A program made the position numbers and the translations under genes. A stretch of DNA of 64,000 nt from a bacterium (GTDB lineage Bacteria > Verrucomicrobiota > Verrucomicrobiia > Limisphaerales > J093). The notes under the pieces are model-generated. The model had not been told where the DNA came from, searched no databases, and saw only the letters and a program-made list of their open reading frames with translations. Numbering within the stretch: position 1 is the first letter of the stretch; each line of letters begins with the position of its first letter. Below are positions 18,598 through 28,512 of this stretch, in pieces. Where the stretch lies: positions 16,483 through 80,482 of the forward strand of contig JAKANS010000001.1 in assembly GCA_021823625.1 (NCBI GenBank), read 5' to 3'.

Positions 18598-19176
18598 ATG
18601 CGCCGCGCGAAGAAGCCATCTTCCGTTGCCGCCGTTCTGGCGGTGGCCATCGTGTTGATCGCCGCGCTGGGGTACCGGTGGCGCGCGACCCACCGCGAAC
18701 ACACCCAGGACCGCACCATCCTGGCGGCGGCGCGCCGTTACGGTGTGGACCCGGCGCTGGTCAAGGCGGTGGTCTGGCGCGAGAGCGATTTCGATCCGGA
18801 CGCCCGCGGTCGGGCCGGCGAGATCGGGTTGATGCAAATCACCGACGCGGCGGCCCAGGAATGGGCGGAAGCGGAGAAGATCTATCCGCTGGGCGAAGCG
18901 AAGCTGTTCGATCCGCGGACCAATATCCACGCCGGCGCCTGGTATTTGCGGAAGCTCCTTCAGCGCTATCGACAGACGGATCGGCCGGCGGTGTTCGCGC
19001 TGGCGGATTACAATGCGGGCCGCGGGAACGTGCTCAAGTGGGCGAAGGGGCCGGCGGCTACCAACAGCCAGGCGTTTGCGGGCGTGATCGGTTTTCCCAC
19101 CACCCGAGCGTACGTGAACGCCATCCTGGAACGGCGCAATCGTTACCTTGCCGACTTCGCGGGCGCGCCGCGGTAA
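18598..19176 (+). CDS. lytic transglycosylase (SLT domain) protein
   Basis: RESDFDPDARGRAGEIGLMQI and ADYNAG motifs. N-terminal anchor. Confidence 0.85.
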   Translation: MRRAKKPSSVAAVLAVAIVLIAALGYRWRATHREHTQDRTILAAARRYGVDPALVKAVVWRESDFDPDARGRAGEIGLMQITDAAAQEWAEAEKIYPLGEAKLFDPRTNIHAGAWYLRKLLQRYRQTDRPAVFALADYNAGRGNVLKWAKGPAATNSQAFAGVIGFPTTRAYVNAILERRNRYLADFAGAPR

Positions 19177-19251
19177 CAAAAACGCTCGCCGATCCAAGCC
19201 CTTCAACGCGGAGCGGCGCGGGCGCCAAACCGAACCCGGCGGACTCGCGGC

Positions 19252-19605
19252 CTACCGGAATATCGTCTGGCGGTTCAGGAACCCGGAGAGGGTGCTGGCA
19301 CCGGTGCGCTCGATCACTGTGCGGTCCATGATCTCGACCGGCGAGGTCGTGGCCGGGAAGCGTTCGAGTTTCGTGACCTTTTGGGTGCGGGAGCCGGTGA
19401 CTTCACGGGTGGCGACCTTCTTTTGCTTGGCTTTCTTGGTCGCCTTCGCCGCCTTGGCCGGGGCGCAGCAGCATGAGCCACAGGTCTTCGCTTTTGCGTC
19501 AGTGCCCTTGGCGTCAGCACCGGCCAAGGCGAGCGGCGTGGCGAGCGCCAGTCCAGCGATCAAGATTCCCAGCCCAGCCAGCCGGGCAGCGGGTGTTTTT
19601 CTCAT
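19252..19605 (-). CDS. small secreted Lys/Ala-rich protein with a CxxCCC motif and a TonB-receptor plug-like C-terminus
   Basis: 117 aa from ATG 19605. Signal peptide LAGLGILIAGLALATPLALA. KTCGSCCC motif. The C-terminus VEIMDRTVIERTGASTLSGFLNRQ resembles the start of a TBDR plug. Confidence 0.5.
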   Translation of the reverse strand: MRKTPAARLAGLGILIAGLALATPLALAGADAKGTDAKAKTCGSCCCAPAKAAKATKKAKQKKVATREVTGSRTQKVTKLERFPATTSPVEIMDRTVIERTGASTLSGFLNRQTIFR

Positions 19606-19776
19606 GGCTGTTTTCACGATCCGTAACGTGCCCGCTTCCGGGGCGCCGCGCAAGCGCTTCACGAGGCGGCGCCGCTGCTTGGGCGCAGGTCCACGAGGCT
19701 GGTCTTTCTGACCGCCGAGCCAGGCAAATGGACTCGTCAGGGAGCAGCCAAGCTCGAACCCAGCGCGCGGGAAGCC

Positions 19777-20535
19777 TCACAGGCTGCGCCGCCAGTCGTC
19801 GATGGCGGTGCGCATTTCGGCGAACGCCTGAAGGCGCGGCTTCACGAAACGCGGGGTAAACCAGGGAAACGTCCCGACCAGGTCATTGATGACCAGGATC
19901 TGCCCGTCACAGTCCGGACCTGACCCGATGCCGATCGTCGGGACAGGCACCGCGGCCGTGATCGCGCGGGCCACCGGCGCGGCCACTAACTCCAAGACCA
20001 TCGCGAACGCACCGGCCTCCACCAGCGCATAAGCATCGGCCAGCAACGCCTCCCGTTCGGCGGCCTCCCGTCCTTTGACGTGGTAACCGCCTTCTTCGAC
20101 GACGTGTTGCGGCAACATCCCGATGTGGCCCAGAAACGGAATGCCCGCCGCCACGATGGCACGCACCTGCCCCGCGATCGCCCCGCCGCCTTCGGCCTTT
20201 ACCGCTTCGGCACCAACCGCCATCAGACGACGGGCGTTGGCCACGGCCTCCTCCAAAGTCCGGTATGAATGGATGGGCAGGTCGGCCGCGAGCAAGGCGC
20301 GCGGGTGGGCGCGCGCAGCGGCGCGGGTGTGGTGTTCCATGTCCGCCATCGTCACGTGGGTCGTGTCGGGGTGGCCGAGCACCACCATGCCGAGCGAATC
20401 TCCCACCAGGATCAGCGGAACACCGGCTTCATCGAGGAGGCGGGTAAATGGATAGTCGTATGCCGTCAGGGCCGCGATCCTGGCGTGCCCCTTCATTGCC
20501 CGGATGGATTCCGCCGTGATTTTCGGCGATTGCAT
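19777..20535 (-). CDS. panB: 3-methyl-2-oxobutanoate hydroxymethyltransferase
   Basis: 252 aa from ATG 20535. Motifs LTAYDYPFTRL and LVGDSLGMVVLGH. Confidence 0.9.
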   Translation of the reverse strand: MQSPKITAESIRAMKGHARIAALTAYDYPFTRLLDEAGVPLILVGDSLGMVVLGHPDTTHVTMADMEHHTRAAARAHPRALLAADLPIHSYRTLEEAVANARRLMAVGAEAVKAEGGGAIAGQVRAIVAAGIPFLGHIGMLPQHVVEEGGYHVKGREAAEREALLADAYALVEAGAFAMVLELVAAPVARAITAAVPVPTIGIGSGPDCDGQILVINDLVGTFPWFTPRFVKPRLQAFAEMRTAIDDWRRSL

Positions 20536-20596
20536 GGGTGTCAAGGTCGCGTCGGCCCCGGAAGCCGACAAGCCGAATCTGGTTTGGCGACGGCCG

Positions 20597-20745
20597 GTGC
20601 ATCCCGAAGTTGTCGGCGTTTCAGACCCAGCGAGTTCCGGAACGCCGGCTTGGAGCCGGCTTGAGACCCAACTGGTTGTCCCGAGGCCGGCTCAGGCGCA
20701 AAGCCGGCTCCAAGCCGGCACGCCAGCGACAACTTCGGGATGCAC
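20597..20745. repeat. 149-nt nested palindrome (two perfect 19-nt inverted-repeat pairs)
   Basis: Outer arms 20597-20615 / 20727-20745 (GTGCATCCCGAAGTTGTCG). Inner arms 20644-20662 / 20701-20719 (GCCGGCTTGGAGCCGGCTT); each inner arm is itself a hairpin. Confidence 0.8.
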
Positions 20746-20824
20746 TGGTGGGCGCGCGGCGCGCGAACCGGCATTTCCCCCCTTGCGAACGAGGGAGGGT
20801 TCCTCCTTTAATCCCGCCGTCGTT

Positions 20825-22258
20825 ATGCGCGTTTGCTTTCGTTTGACCGCTTTGGCGAGCCTGGTGCTGGCCGGTTCGCTCTGGAGCCGGCCGGTTTCCG
20901 ACCCGGTGGCGGACCTGTTCACTCCACGGCCCCCGCTGCCTCCCGGCGCCGAAAACCAGGCCGCCGTCCCGTTGCGCCCGCCGGAGAATCCCAATCCCGC
21001 CGGCTTCAAGGTGTTCCCCTCGCCGCCTCAGACGATCCCCCCGCGCCGACCGCCATTTCGATTCCAGGCCAATGACCGGGTGCTCTTCCTCGGCGACGCG
21101 ATTCTCGAGGCGGAGGCGAAATATGGTTATATCGAGACGCGGATGGCCATCCAGGACCCCACCACGCCGCTCACTTTTCGGAACCTTTCCGCCAGTCCGA
21201 ACAACCGGCTGCGGGACGCCGATCCCGCAGCGGCAAACCGGGACTTTGCCTGGCTCACCAACCTCCTCGCCGAGGTGCGTGCCCTGGATCCAAACGTCGT
21301 CGTGCTCAGCTACGGGACGGCCGCCGCTCTTAACGGCCCGCCGAATCTGCCGGCCTTCACAAATGTGTACGAGCGCGTGATCGATGGTCTGCTGGCGCTC
21401 AAGCCGGCGACACCGCCCCGGCTGGTCCTGCTCAGCCCGCTCTGTCACGAACCGGTGACCGGCGAGCCGATGGAACTGATCGCCCACCGCGTGGCCCAGA
21501 TGTTTGAGTTCGCGGTGGCGTCCTGGATCCTCTCGACCAACCACAACACCGATTTCGTGGACCTCTTCGGCCTGACGCGCCTGAAGGTCAACGCGGCCTT
21601 GAAAACGGAAGCGAACGGTGAGTCCAAACCGCGGCTCACCGAGGATGGTTTGCGGCCCACCGCCTACGGCCAACGCTCGCTCACGTTCGCCCTCGACCGC
21701 GGCCTGCGGTGGTTTCCCAACAACTGGCGGTTCGGGCTCCTGGCGAACAACCAGTGGCGGGAGGGCGGTTTCGGCCTGAAATTCGAGTCGCATCGCCGAT
21801 CCGACCACGACCTGCGCGCGGTCTTCACCGAGGAAAGGCTCCCCAGCCCGCCGCTGCCGGTGCCGATTGCCGATCCGGAACAGGAATACGAACCGCACTG
21901 CTACATCCAACTACGCGACCTGGTGCCCGGCCGGTATGAATTACGCATGGATGGCCAACACGTGCTGACCGGCACGCACGAAGACTGGGCCCGCTACGAA
22001 GTGATCGCCAGCGGACCCTCCTGGGACCAGGCCGAAAAGTTGCGGCAGACGATCGTCGAGAAGAACGCCCGCTGGACGGCGTGGTGGCAGCAGCAGCGCG
22101 AACACGGTCCTGGACCACTCGGCGAACCAACGCCGGAAATCCTCGCTTTGGAGAAGGTAATTTCCACGTTGAAGCGGCCGGTCAAACACGCCTACGAGGT
22201 CGTCCGTGTCGGCGATGTCGCCCCGACGACGAACCAGCCCCCGCCGACCCCGCACTGA
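20825..22258 (+). CDS. secreted SGNH/GDSL-like hydrolase domain protein with an uncharacterised C-terminal half
   Basis: 477 aa from ATG 20825. Signal peptide. RVLFLGDAILE and VVVLSYGTAAAL blocks. Confidence 0.6.
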   Translation: MRVCFRLTALASLVLAGSLWSRPVSDPVADLFTPRPPLPPGAENQAAVPLRPPENPNPAGFKVFPSPPQTIPPRRPPFRFQANDRVLFLGDAILEAEAKYGYIETRMAIQDPTTPLTFRNLSASPNNRLRDADPAAANRDFAWLTNLLAEVRALDPNVVVLSYGTAAALNGPPNLPAFTNVYERVIDGLLALKPATPPRLVLLSPLCHEPVTGEPMELIAHRVAQMFEFAVASWILSTNHNTDFVDLFGLTRLKVNAALKTEANGESKPRLTEDGLRPTAYGQRSLTFALDRGLRWFPNNWRFGLLANNQWREGGFGLKFESHRRSDHDLRAVFTEERLPSPPLPVPIADPEQEYEPHCYIQLRDLVPGRYELRMDGQHVLTGTHEDWARYEVIASGPSWDQAEKLRQTIVEKNARWTAWWQQQREHGPGPLGEPTPEILALEKVISTLKRPVKHAYEVVRVGDVAPTTNQPPPTPH

Positions 22259-22540
22259 TCGCAGCGCGCAGCCACGAAGGCGCGACGGCAAAGGCGGGTG
22301 CAGTCCGCCGTCTCGCCAACAGTCTCCTCAGGGCCTTGAAGAAGGCCGCCGGGAATCCCTTCCCGCTTGGGTGGAAGCAACGTTTGCGCACGGCTTCCCC
22401 CGGCGGTGATCTGACGCCCGCCGGATCTGCGCGCTGCCCGGCCGGCGTGAGCGGGCCAAGAGCAGTCCTGTGCCCGGCCTTGCAAAACCGGCCCCGCAGG
22501 CGTACTGGTCCGCTATCTACCTCCCAACTCTGGTCGAGCC

Positions 22541-23485
22541 ATGAAGCCGGTCTTCAGCATTCCGAAGTCGCCGCGAACCGCGACCGTGGGAACTGGGTTC
22601 ACCTTGATCGAACTGTTGGTGGTCATCGCCATCATCGCGATCCTGGCGGCGCTGCTGTTGCCGGCGCTGGCCAGCGCCAAGGAAAAGGCGCGGCGCATCA
22701 AATGCCTGAGCAACCTGCGTCAGATCACGATCCCTTTCAAAATGGCCGTGGACGATGACTCCGGCCGGCTCGGCTACTATTGGCCTGCCGCGGCCCCTTA
22801 TCCGTACGGGAACGAAGGCTCAGCCATGCGGGACTGGGGCATCAACCATTGGGGCAAGACCAATGAAGGTTGGATCTGTCCCGCAGCACCCGAGGTGGTG
22901 CGGCGGCCAGGGACCACGCCGACGTTCGGCGGGCGGGGGCCCATCTACGCCGGCACGGTCCGCTCGGCTTGGCAAACCTACGCTCCGGGAGGTTGGTCGT
23001 GGTGGTGGGATGAGCGGCCTTGGACTGGCCCCCCTCAGCATCGGGCCGGCAGCTATGCCCAGAACAACTGGCTTGGCGGCTGGTGGTGGAGAGCGGCCGG
23101 ACCTTGGGGCCCGGGGGGACCGGACTATGCTTTCGGGCACGAAGGCGAGATCGACTACCCATCGCAAACGCCGCTCTTCGCAGATGGCGTCACGTTCTGG
23201 TGGGTCTGGCCGCGCGCCACGGACCTTCCAGCGGTGAATCTTGAAACCGGCCAAGGCCAGGGTGGCAGTTTTTCTCCTTACGGCATGAACTTGCTGACCA
23301 TCCCCCGCCACGGGCCGGGCGCCGGTCGGGCCTCCACGAATCATCCGCCACGCACGCCGCTGCCGGGGGCGATCAATGTCTCGTTTTATGACGGCCATGT
23401 GGAACTGGTCCGGCTGGAGCGGCTGTGGTCCTTGTACTGGCACAAGAACTACAAGCCGCCGGCCAAACGGCCGGGGTTGAGATGA
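22541..23485 (+). CDS. prepilin-type N-terminal cleavage/methylation domain protein (pseudopilin-like)
   Basis: [26 protein letters not shown]-terminal [10 protein letters not shown] motif. Confidence 0.85.
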   Translation: MKPVFSIPKSPRTATVGTGFTLIELLVVIAIIAILAALLLPALASAKEKARRIKCLSNLRQITIPFKMAVDDDSGRLGYYWPAAAPYPYGNEGSAMRDWGINHWGKTNEGWICPAAPEVVRRPGTTPTFGGRGPIYAGTVRSAWQTYAPGGWSWWWDERPWTGPPQHRAGSYAQNNWLGGWWWRAAGPWGPGGPDYAFGHEGEIDYPSQTPLFADGVTFWWVWPRATDLPAVNLETGQGQGGSFSPYGMNLLTIPRHGPGAGRASTNHPPRTPLPGAINVSFYDGHVELVRLERLWSLYWHKNYKPPAKRPGLR

Positions 23486-23759
23486 AACGCGTATAGCGGG
23501 TGGGGTCTTTGGAACCGGGATCGTTTGCCGCATCGCGAACTGGCCCCCGAGTGGTTGCCTTAAGCAGGCATTCTCAGCCAAGGAGGATCATCCTTCGCTT
23601 TTGAGGTCCAGCCGCGAACTTACCGGTGCAGTGGTAGCAACGCGCCGAGCGTTTGAGGTCGTGCCTTGCTGAGGCACACTGATTCTGCTGCCGGTGGCGG
23701 ACTTGCTTTACGAACTCTCGCGATGATCGGACCATGAGCCCAAAAGCCGCGAATTCGAA

Positions 23760-24518
23760 ATGAAACCGAATGAACTGCAAGGCAAAGTGGCGTTGGTCAC
23801 CGGCGCCAGCAAGGGATTGGGCAAAGCAATGGCACTCGCGCTCGCCAAGGCCGGCGCGAAACTGGCTCTCGTCTCGCGCGACGAAAAGCTGCTCGCGGAA
23901 ACCGCTGCCGCCATCGCCGCGCTCGGCGCCGAAGCCGCGGTGTTCCCGGCCGACGTGTCGGAGGAGGCCCAGGTGCTCGCGCTCGAAAAAGCCGTGGCCG
24001 AACGGTTGGGTCGCGTCGCCATCCTCGTCAACAACGCCGGCATCAACCTTCGCAAGGCCATCACCGAATTCACGTTGGAGGAATGGAACCGCGTCCAGGC
24101 CACCAACGTCACCAGCGTGTTTTTGATGTGCCGCGCCTTCGTGCCGCACATGCAAGGCCGCGGCTACGGGCGCATTCTCAATCTCACGTCGATCATGAGC
24201 CACGTCTCGCTGCCGGGGCGCACGGCCTATGCCACGAGCAAGACGGCGCTGCTCGGCTTCACCAAGTCCCTCGCGCTCGAGCTGGCGCCCGACGCGATCA
24301 CCGTCAATGGCATCAGCCCGGGGCCGTTTGCCACGGAGATGAACCAGCCGCTCTTGGAAAGCGCGGAACTGTCGCAGTTCTTCCTTTCCCGGATTCCGCT
24401 GCACCGTTGGGGCCAGCCGGCGGAAGTGGCCGAGCTGGCCGTTTTTCTCTGTTCGGAGGCGGCCGGCTTTATCACTGGCACGGACATCGTCATCGACGGC
24501 GGCTGGACGGCGCAGTGA
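23760..24518 (+). CDS. SDR-family oxidoreductase
   Basis: TGASKGLG cofactor motif and YATSK catalytic motif. 252 aa. Confidence 0.9.
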   Translation: MKPNELQGKVALVTGASKGLGKAMALALAKAGAKLALVSRDEKLLAETAAAIAALGAEAAVFPADVSEEAQVLALEKAVAERLGRVAILVNNAGINLRKAITEFTLEEWNRVQATNVTSVFLMCRAFVPHMQGRGYGRILNLTSIMSHVSLPGRTAYATSKTALLGFTKSLALELAPDAITVNGISPGPFATEMNQPLLESAELSQFFLSRIPLHRWGQPAEVAELAVFLCSEAAGFITGTDIVIDGGWTAQ

Positions 24519-24541
24519 ACGTGGGTGCGCGTGGGGCATTG

Positions 24542-24580
24542 TCCGGCGGGCCGCCGGATAACACACGCCAGCGGCGTGTG
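24542..24580. terminator. two adjacent GC-rich hairpins between convergent genes
   Basis: TCCGGCGGgCCGCCGGA (24542-24558) and CACACGCCagcGGCGTGTG (24562-24580). No clear U-tract. Confidence 0.35.
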
Positions 24581-24608
24581 CTCCCCAACTTCGGAGTTCG
24601 GGTTCAAC

Positions 24609-27600
24609 TCAGTTCGGTCGCACCGAGCCATCGGCGCTGACCAGAACCTGCTTCGCCCCGGCCGGCAGAGCCAGCGTGAGCCAGCGCCCGCCCGGCCAGC
24701 GGACCTGAAGTTTCGTGGCCTCACCGGCGAAGCTCAGCACCTGCGTGGCCGCGTCGAGTGACCAATACCCCGCGCCGCCGTGGACTTCGCGGGCCGGCCC
24801 CCAGCGGGTGCCATCGCCGAGCCGGAGCACGACGCCGAAGCCGTCCGGGTTGCCCGGCGGTCCGGCCAATTTCACCCGCAGCCCCGGCTTGGCGCCGGCG
24901 TTCCGGTAGAGCCTGGTTGCGGCGCCGTTTTGCGTCACAACCAAGTCCACGCGGCCGTCGTGGTCGAAATCGCCCAGCGCGCACCCGCGTTGTTCGCCAT
25001 AGACCTTCACGCCGCTGTCCTGACCGGCCACCGCCTTGAACCCGCCGTGGCCGTCGCCGCGCAGACAGAGGCCCCGCCCGGCGTCCAGGCGCGTGTAATC
25101 CGGCGTCACGGCAAAGAAGTTCTGGCTGAGGAAAAGGTCTTCGTTGCCGTCGCCGTCCAGGTCTGCCACGCCCACGCCGAACGCGGGCGCCCACTGGGCT
25201 TCGCGCGGCAGCGCTTGCGCTTCGAAGTGGTCGCCGCGGTTCAGGAAAACCATCGAGGCCAGCGTGCTCGCTTCGAGCCTGGAGGCGTGCTGCAGACTGT
25301 CACCGTAAATCTGTTCCACGCTCGCGGTGCCGTAGGCCTCGAACGTCGGCACGCGCTCCTGGATGAACGGCATCGCCGCCACGACCGCCATGTAGCCGCG
25401 GTCGGGGGCGATCGCGTTCAAATCCGGGCTGAAGCTCGCTTCGACCAGTTGCACGGCGCCGCTTTCGTCGAGGTCGCCGAAGTACAGGAGCCGCGGGTGG
25501 GCGAGGCTGGCGTTGCGCCAGCGGTGGTTGAGACCCCAGTTCGAGGCGACGATGTCCAGGCGGCCGTCGTTGTCGAAATCGCCGGTGGTTACGCCGTTCC
25601 ACCAGCCAGTGAGCTGGGCGAGTGGGAGACGTTCACCGTCCAGCAACACCGGCGGATTCCATTCCGTGAAGGTGCCGCCCGCGTTATTGAAGATGCGGAT
25701 CGGACCCCAATCGCACGCGAGCACCAACTCCGGCCGGCCATCGCCGTCCAGATCGCTGAACACCGCGCCGCTCACGAGGCCCAGTTTATCGAAGCGCTGC
25801 GCCACCACGAAGCGCCCGCCCTGATTGCGGAGCAGCAGTGAATCCGCTGGCTCGGGGTACCGCCCGGGCACGACGCGCCCGCCGACAAAGAGCGCGAGCG
25901 TGCCATTGCCTTCCACGTCGCCAAACGCCAGCGGGCCAACGCTCGCCCGCTGGCCGATGAGGCTTTCGCCGCTGGCCTGGTGTTGGAGATCGTACAAGCG
26001 CAGGCAACCGCCGTTGGTCTGGCCATCCTCGTAATTGGCGGAGCCGAAAAACACCGTGCTCCCCACGGCGAGGACGGCGGTCAGATCGCGTTGGGTGGTC
26101 CGCGCGACGAGCGGCGTTTGGAGCGGCGCGAAGCTGCCGTGGCCGTCGTTTTTGAAGAAACCCGGCGTGCCGCCTTTGCCGCAGGCCACGATGAGGTCTT
26201 CCCAGCCGTCGCCATCGAAATCATGCCACGCCACGCCGGGGCCAAGCTGGCTGAGCTTGATCGGCAACAGCGGCTGACGCTCGAAATCGTCGAACGGATC
26301 TTCGTGATGTCGATAGTTGAGCCGCTCGCTGGCGTCCTCGAAGAGCGGCGGTGACTTGGGCGACGCCGGCGCCGGAGCGGCCGGAGTGGCGGCGTCGGCG
26401 GCGATTTCGTAAATGCAGTTCGGATTGGCAGCAGCGACCACGCTGCGGCGGCCGTCGCGCCAGGTGACCTCGATCCGCAGCCGGTTGGTGAGCGAGCTGG
26501 CGGCGAAGACGCGGAGCGGTTCGGAGCCGGATAAATAATGCCCGCCGCAGATGACTTCCTGCGATTGGCGCACCGGCCCGCCTTCGACGACAATCTTCGC
26601 GCCGATGCCTTGCGGGTTGCTTTTCGGACCGGCGAGCCGCACCGCCACGCGCGGCGCGATGCCGTCATTACGGTAAACGCCGGCCTGTTCATTGAGCTTG
26701 TTCACCACCACGTCGAGGTCGCCGTCGTGGTCGAGGTCGGCGACCGCCGTGCCTTGCGAAATGCCTTTGTCGTCGAATCCCCACCGGCCCTTCGTCTCCT
26801 CGAAGGTCCAGTCGCCGCGGTTGCGAAAGATCAGGCTGGGGGTACTAAAGTCCGGGAACATTTTCAGCAGATTGAGAATGTCCGCCTGGGTGAGCTGGCG
26901 CGACGCGCGTTGGGCGTCGATCCGGTTTTGCATGTCCACGTTCTGGAAGTCGCGCATCTGGCCGTTCGGGATGAGCACGTCCTCGAACCCATCGAGGTCC
27001 ACGTCCAGGAACAGCGGCATCCAGGACCAGTTCGACGCCTCGACGCCGGCGTACTGGGAAATCTCGGCGAAGGTGCCGTCGCCGCGGTTGACGTGGAGTG
27101 TGTTGCGCCAGACCTGCGGGCGGTTGTCGAATTCGCCGATCGGCCACTGGAGCGGCTTCTGCGTGCTCACCTGGGTGTGGCGGTCCTTGTGGCCGGTGGC
27201 GAGCATGTCCACGATCATGAAATCCACGTTGCCGTCGCGGTCGAGGTCCCCGAAATCCACGCCCATCGAAAACGTGGAGGTCGTGCGGAGCGCGAGCCGG
27301 TCGATGGCGCGGAACCGGCCCTTGCCGTCGTTGATCCAGCACCGGTCGGGACTGAACAGGTCGTTGCAGACGTAAATGTCCGGCGCGCCGTCGCCGTTAA
27401 GATCGCGAATCTGGACCGACAGGCCCCAGTCTCGCGGCGCGTCCGCCAAAGGCTGGCCGTCGTCCTCGTCGAGGAACGCGCCGCCGGTCCACGACACGGG
27501 CGTGAAATGGCCTTTGCCGTCGTTGAGGTAAAGCACGTCCGGCTCGCCCAGCTCCATCACCTCGCCGGTGGGCGCGATCACGAACCGGTTCGTCAAGTCC

Positions 27601-28346
27601 GGCGCGGTCGCGGACTCGCCGTTGACCGACGCCACGACGGGCCGGCCATTGACGAGGTTGATTTTGAAGGTCGTCCGGGGCTGGTCCATCACCGTCGTGG
27701 TCCGGTAGTTCACCACGTACAAATCCAGCGCGCCATCGCCGTTCACGTCCGCCAACGCGAGCGACATGCCGCCGGTCTGGGCGCGCACGCCGGCCTCGTC
27801 CGTGATGTCGGTGAAGTGGCCTCGGCCATCGTTGCGGAACACCCGCGGTCCGTGGCCGAGCGTGTTGACGAGCAAGTCGAGATCGCCGTCGCCGTCGGTG
27901 TCAGCGAACACCGCGGCCATGCAATCCAATCCGGCGCACGCGACGCCGGCGCTCGCGGTGATGTCCGCGAACTTCCAGCCGCCCAGGTTGCGATAAAGCG
28001 CGCAGGCGCTGTCCAGCCCGCAGAAGAACAGGTCGCACCAACCGTCGCCGTCCACGTCGCCCGCGGCCACGCCGCCGCCGCTGAGCAGGTTGCGGTTGAG
28101 GATGCTCCGCTCGTTGCTGAGCCGGTTGGTGAAAAGGATGCCCGTGCTGGCGCCGTTCAGCCGCTCGAAGCCGGTCCGACCTTGGTCCAGCACGGGCAAC
28201 CGCGCCCAGCGATAGCCAGCGGCCGGCTGCCAATCCAGATCCGCGGCGAAGGCGTGGCTGGCGAAAATGAGCGTGCCGCCTAACAGCGAGGCGAGGCGCG
28301 CCAGCCAGGGTTGGCGACGCGGGGTAAGCGGAACGGACGTTTGCAC
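24609..28346 (-). CDS. CRTAC1/ASPIC-family protein with two tandem FG-GAP/VCBS plus UnbV_ASPIC modules
   Basis: 1245 aa from GTG 28346, giving the signal peptide LASLLGGTLIFASHAFA. Many DxDGDGxxD FG-GAP motifs. Two ASPIC-like blocks (GAKIVVEGG...CGGHYLSGSEP and GFGVVLRLGDG...HGGAGYWS). Confidence 0.85.
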   Translation of the reverse strand: MQTSVPLTPRRQPWLARLASLLGGTLIFASHAFAADLDWQPAAGYRWARLPVLDQGRTGFERLNGASTGILFTNRLSNERSILNRNLLSGGGVAAGDVDGDGWCDLFFCGLDSACALYRNLGGWKFADITASAGVACAGLDCMAAVFADTDGDGDLDLLVNTLGHGPRVFRNDGRGHFTDITDEAGVRAQTGGMSLALADVNGDGALDLYVVNYRTTTVMDQPRTTFKINLVNGRPVVASVNGESATAPDLTNRFVIAPTGEVMELGEPDVLYLNDGKGHFTPVSWTGGAFLDEDDGQPLADAPRDWGLSVQIRDLNGDGAPDIYVCNDLFSPDRCWINDGKGRFRAIDRLALRTTSTFSMGVDFGDLDRDGNVDFMIVDMLATGHKDRHTQVSTQKPLQWPIGEFDNRPQVWRNTLHVNRGDGTFAEISQYAGVEASNWSWMPLFLDVDLDGFEDVLIPNGQMRDFQNVDMQNRIDAQRASRQLTQADILNLLKMFPDFSTPSLIFRNRGDWTFEETKGRWGFDDKGISQGTAVADLDHDGDLDVVVNKLNEQAGVYRNDGIAPRVAVRLAGPKSNPQGIGAKIVVEGGPVRQSQEVICGGHYLSGSEPLRVFAASSLTNRLRIEVTWRDGRRSVVAAANPNCIYEIAADAATPAAPAPASPKSPPLFEDASERLNYRHHEDPFDDFERQPLLPIKLSQLGPGVAWHDFDGDGWEDLIVACGKGGTPGFFKNDGHGSFAPLQTPLVARTTQRDLTAVLAVGSTVFFGSANYEDGQTNGGCLRLYDLQHQASGESLIGQRASVGPLAFGDVEGNGTLALFVGGRVVPGRYPEPADSLLLRNQGGRFVVAQRFDKLGLVSGAVFSDLDGDGRPELVLACDWGPIRIFNNAGGTFTEWNPPVLLDGERLPLAQLTGWWNGVTTGDFDNDGRLDIVASNWGLNHRWRNASLAHPRLLYFGDLDESGAVQLVEASFSPDLNAIAPDRGYMAVVAAMPFIQERVPTFEAYGTASVEQIYGDSLQHASRLEASTLASMVFLNRGDHFEAQALPREAQWAPAFGVGVADLDGDGNEDLFLSQNFFAVTPDYTRLDAGRGLCLRGDGHGGFKAVAGQDSGVKVYGEQRGCALGDFDHDGRVDLVVTQNGAATRLYRNAGAKPGLRVKLAGPPGNPDGFGVVLRLGDGTRWGPAREVHGGAGYWSLDAATQVLSFAGEATKLQVRWPGGRWLTLALPAGAKQVLVSADGSVRPN

Positions 28347-28415
28347 GGGCCGCAGTGTACCGGGCGGGCGGTTGGATAGACAACAAGCGGGTGGGGCGCG
28401 CTCCGCCGCGCGCCC

Positions 28416-28441
28416 AAAAAGCGCCGGCCCCCAACCAGCGC
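28416..28441 (-). terminator. intrinsic terminator downstream of the GH-like gene
   Basis: Minus strand GCGCTGG-ttggggg-CCGGCGC followed by TTTTT. Confidence 0.55.
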
Positions 28442-28512
28442 GCGCTGCGGCCGGAGACCGGCCGCGGTCCGGTGAGGCGGCGGGCCAGCTTCGAGGCGCA
28501 GAACGACTCAGT

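Noticed and set aside
13783-19206. Very long minus-strand ORFs (13783..15648 at 621 aa; 16390..19206 at 938 aa) opposite the RND operon. Similar cases are 28267..31446(+), 58846..61050(-), 55114..56943(-), 44143..45705(-) and 23574..24566(-).
   Set aside because: They lie antisense to genes with clear family signatures. Their translations are Arg/Gly/Pro/His-rich with no recognisable motifs. These are typical stop-codon-poor shadow frames of high-GC DNA.
23630-23700. tRNA-like D-loop string (gcagtggtagca) in the intergenic region before the SDR gene.
   Set aside because: No acceptor stem, anticodon arm or GTTCRANNC T-loop can be built around it.
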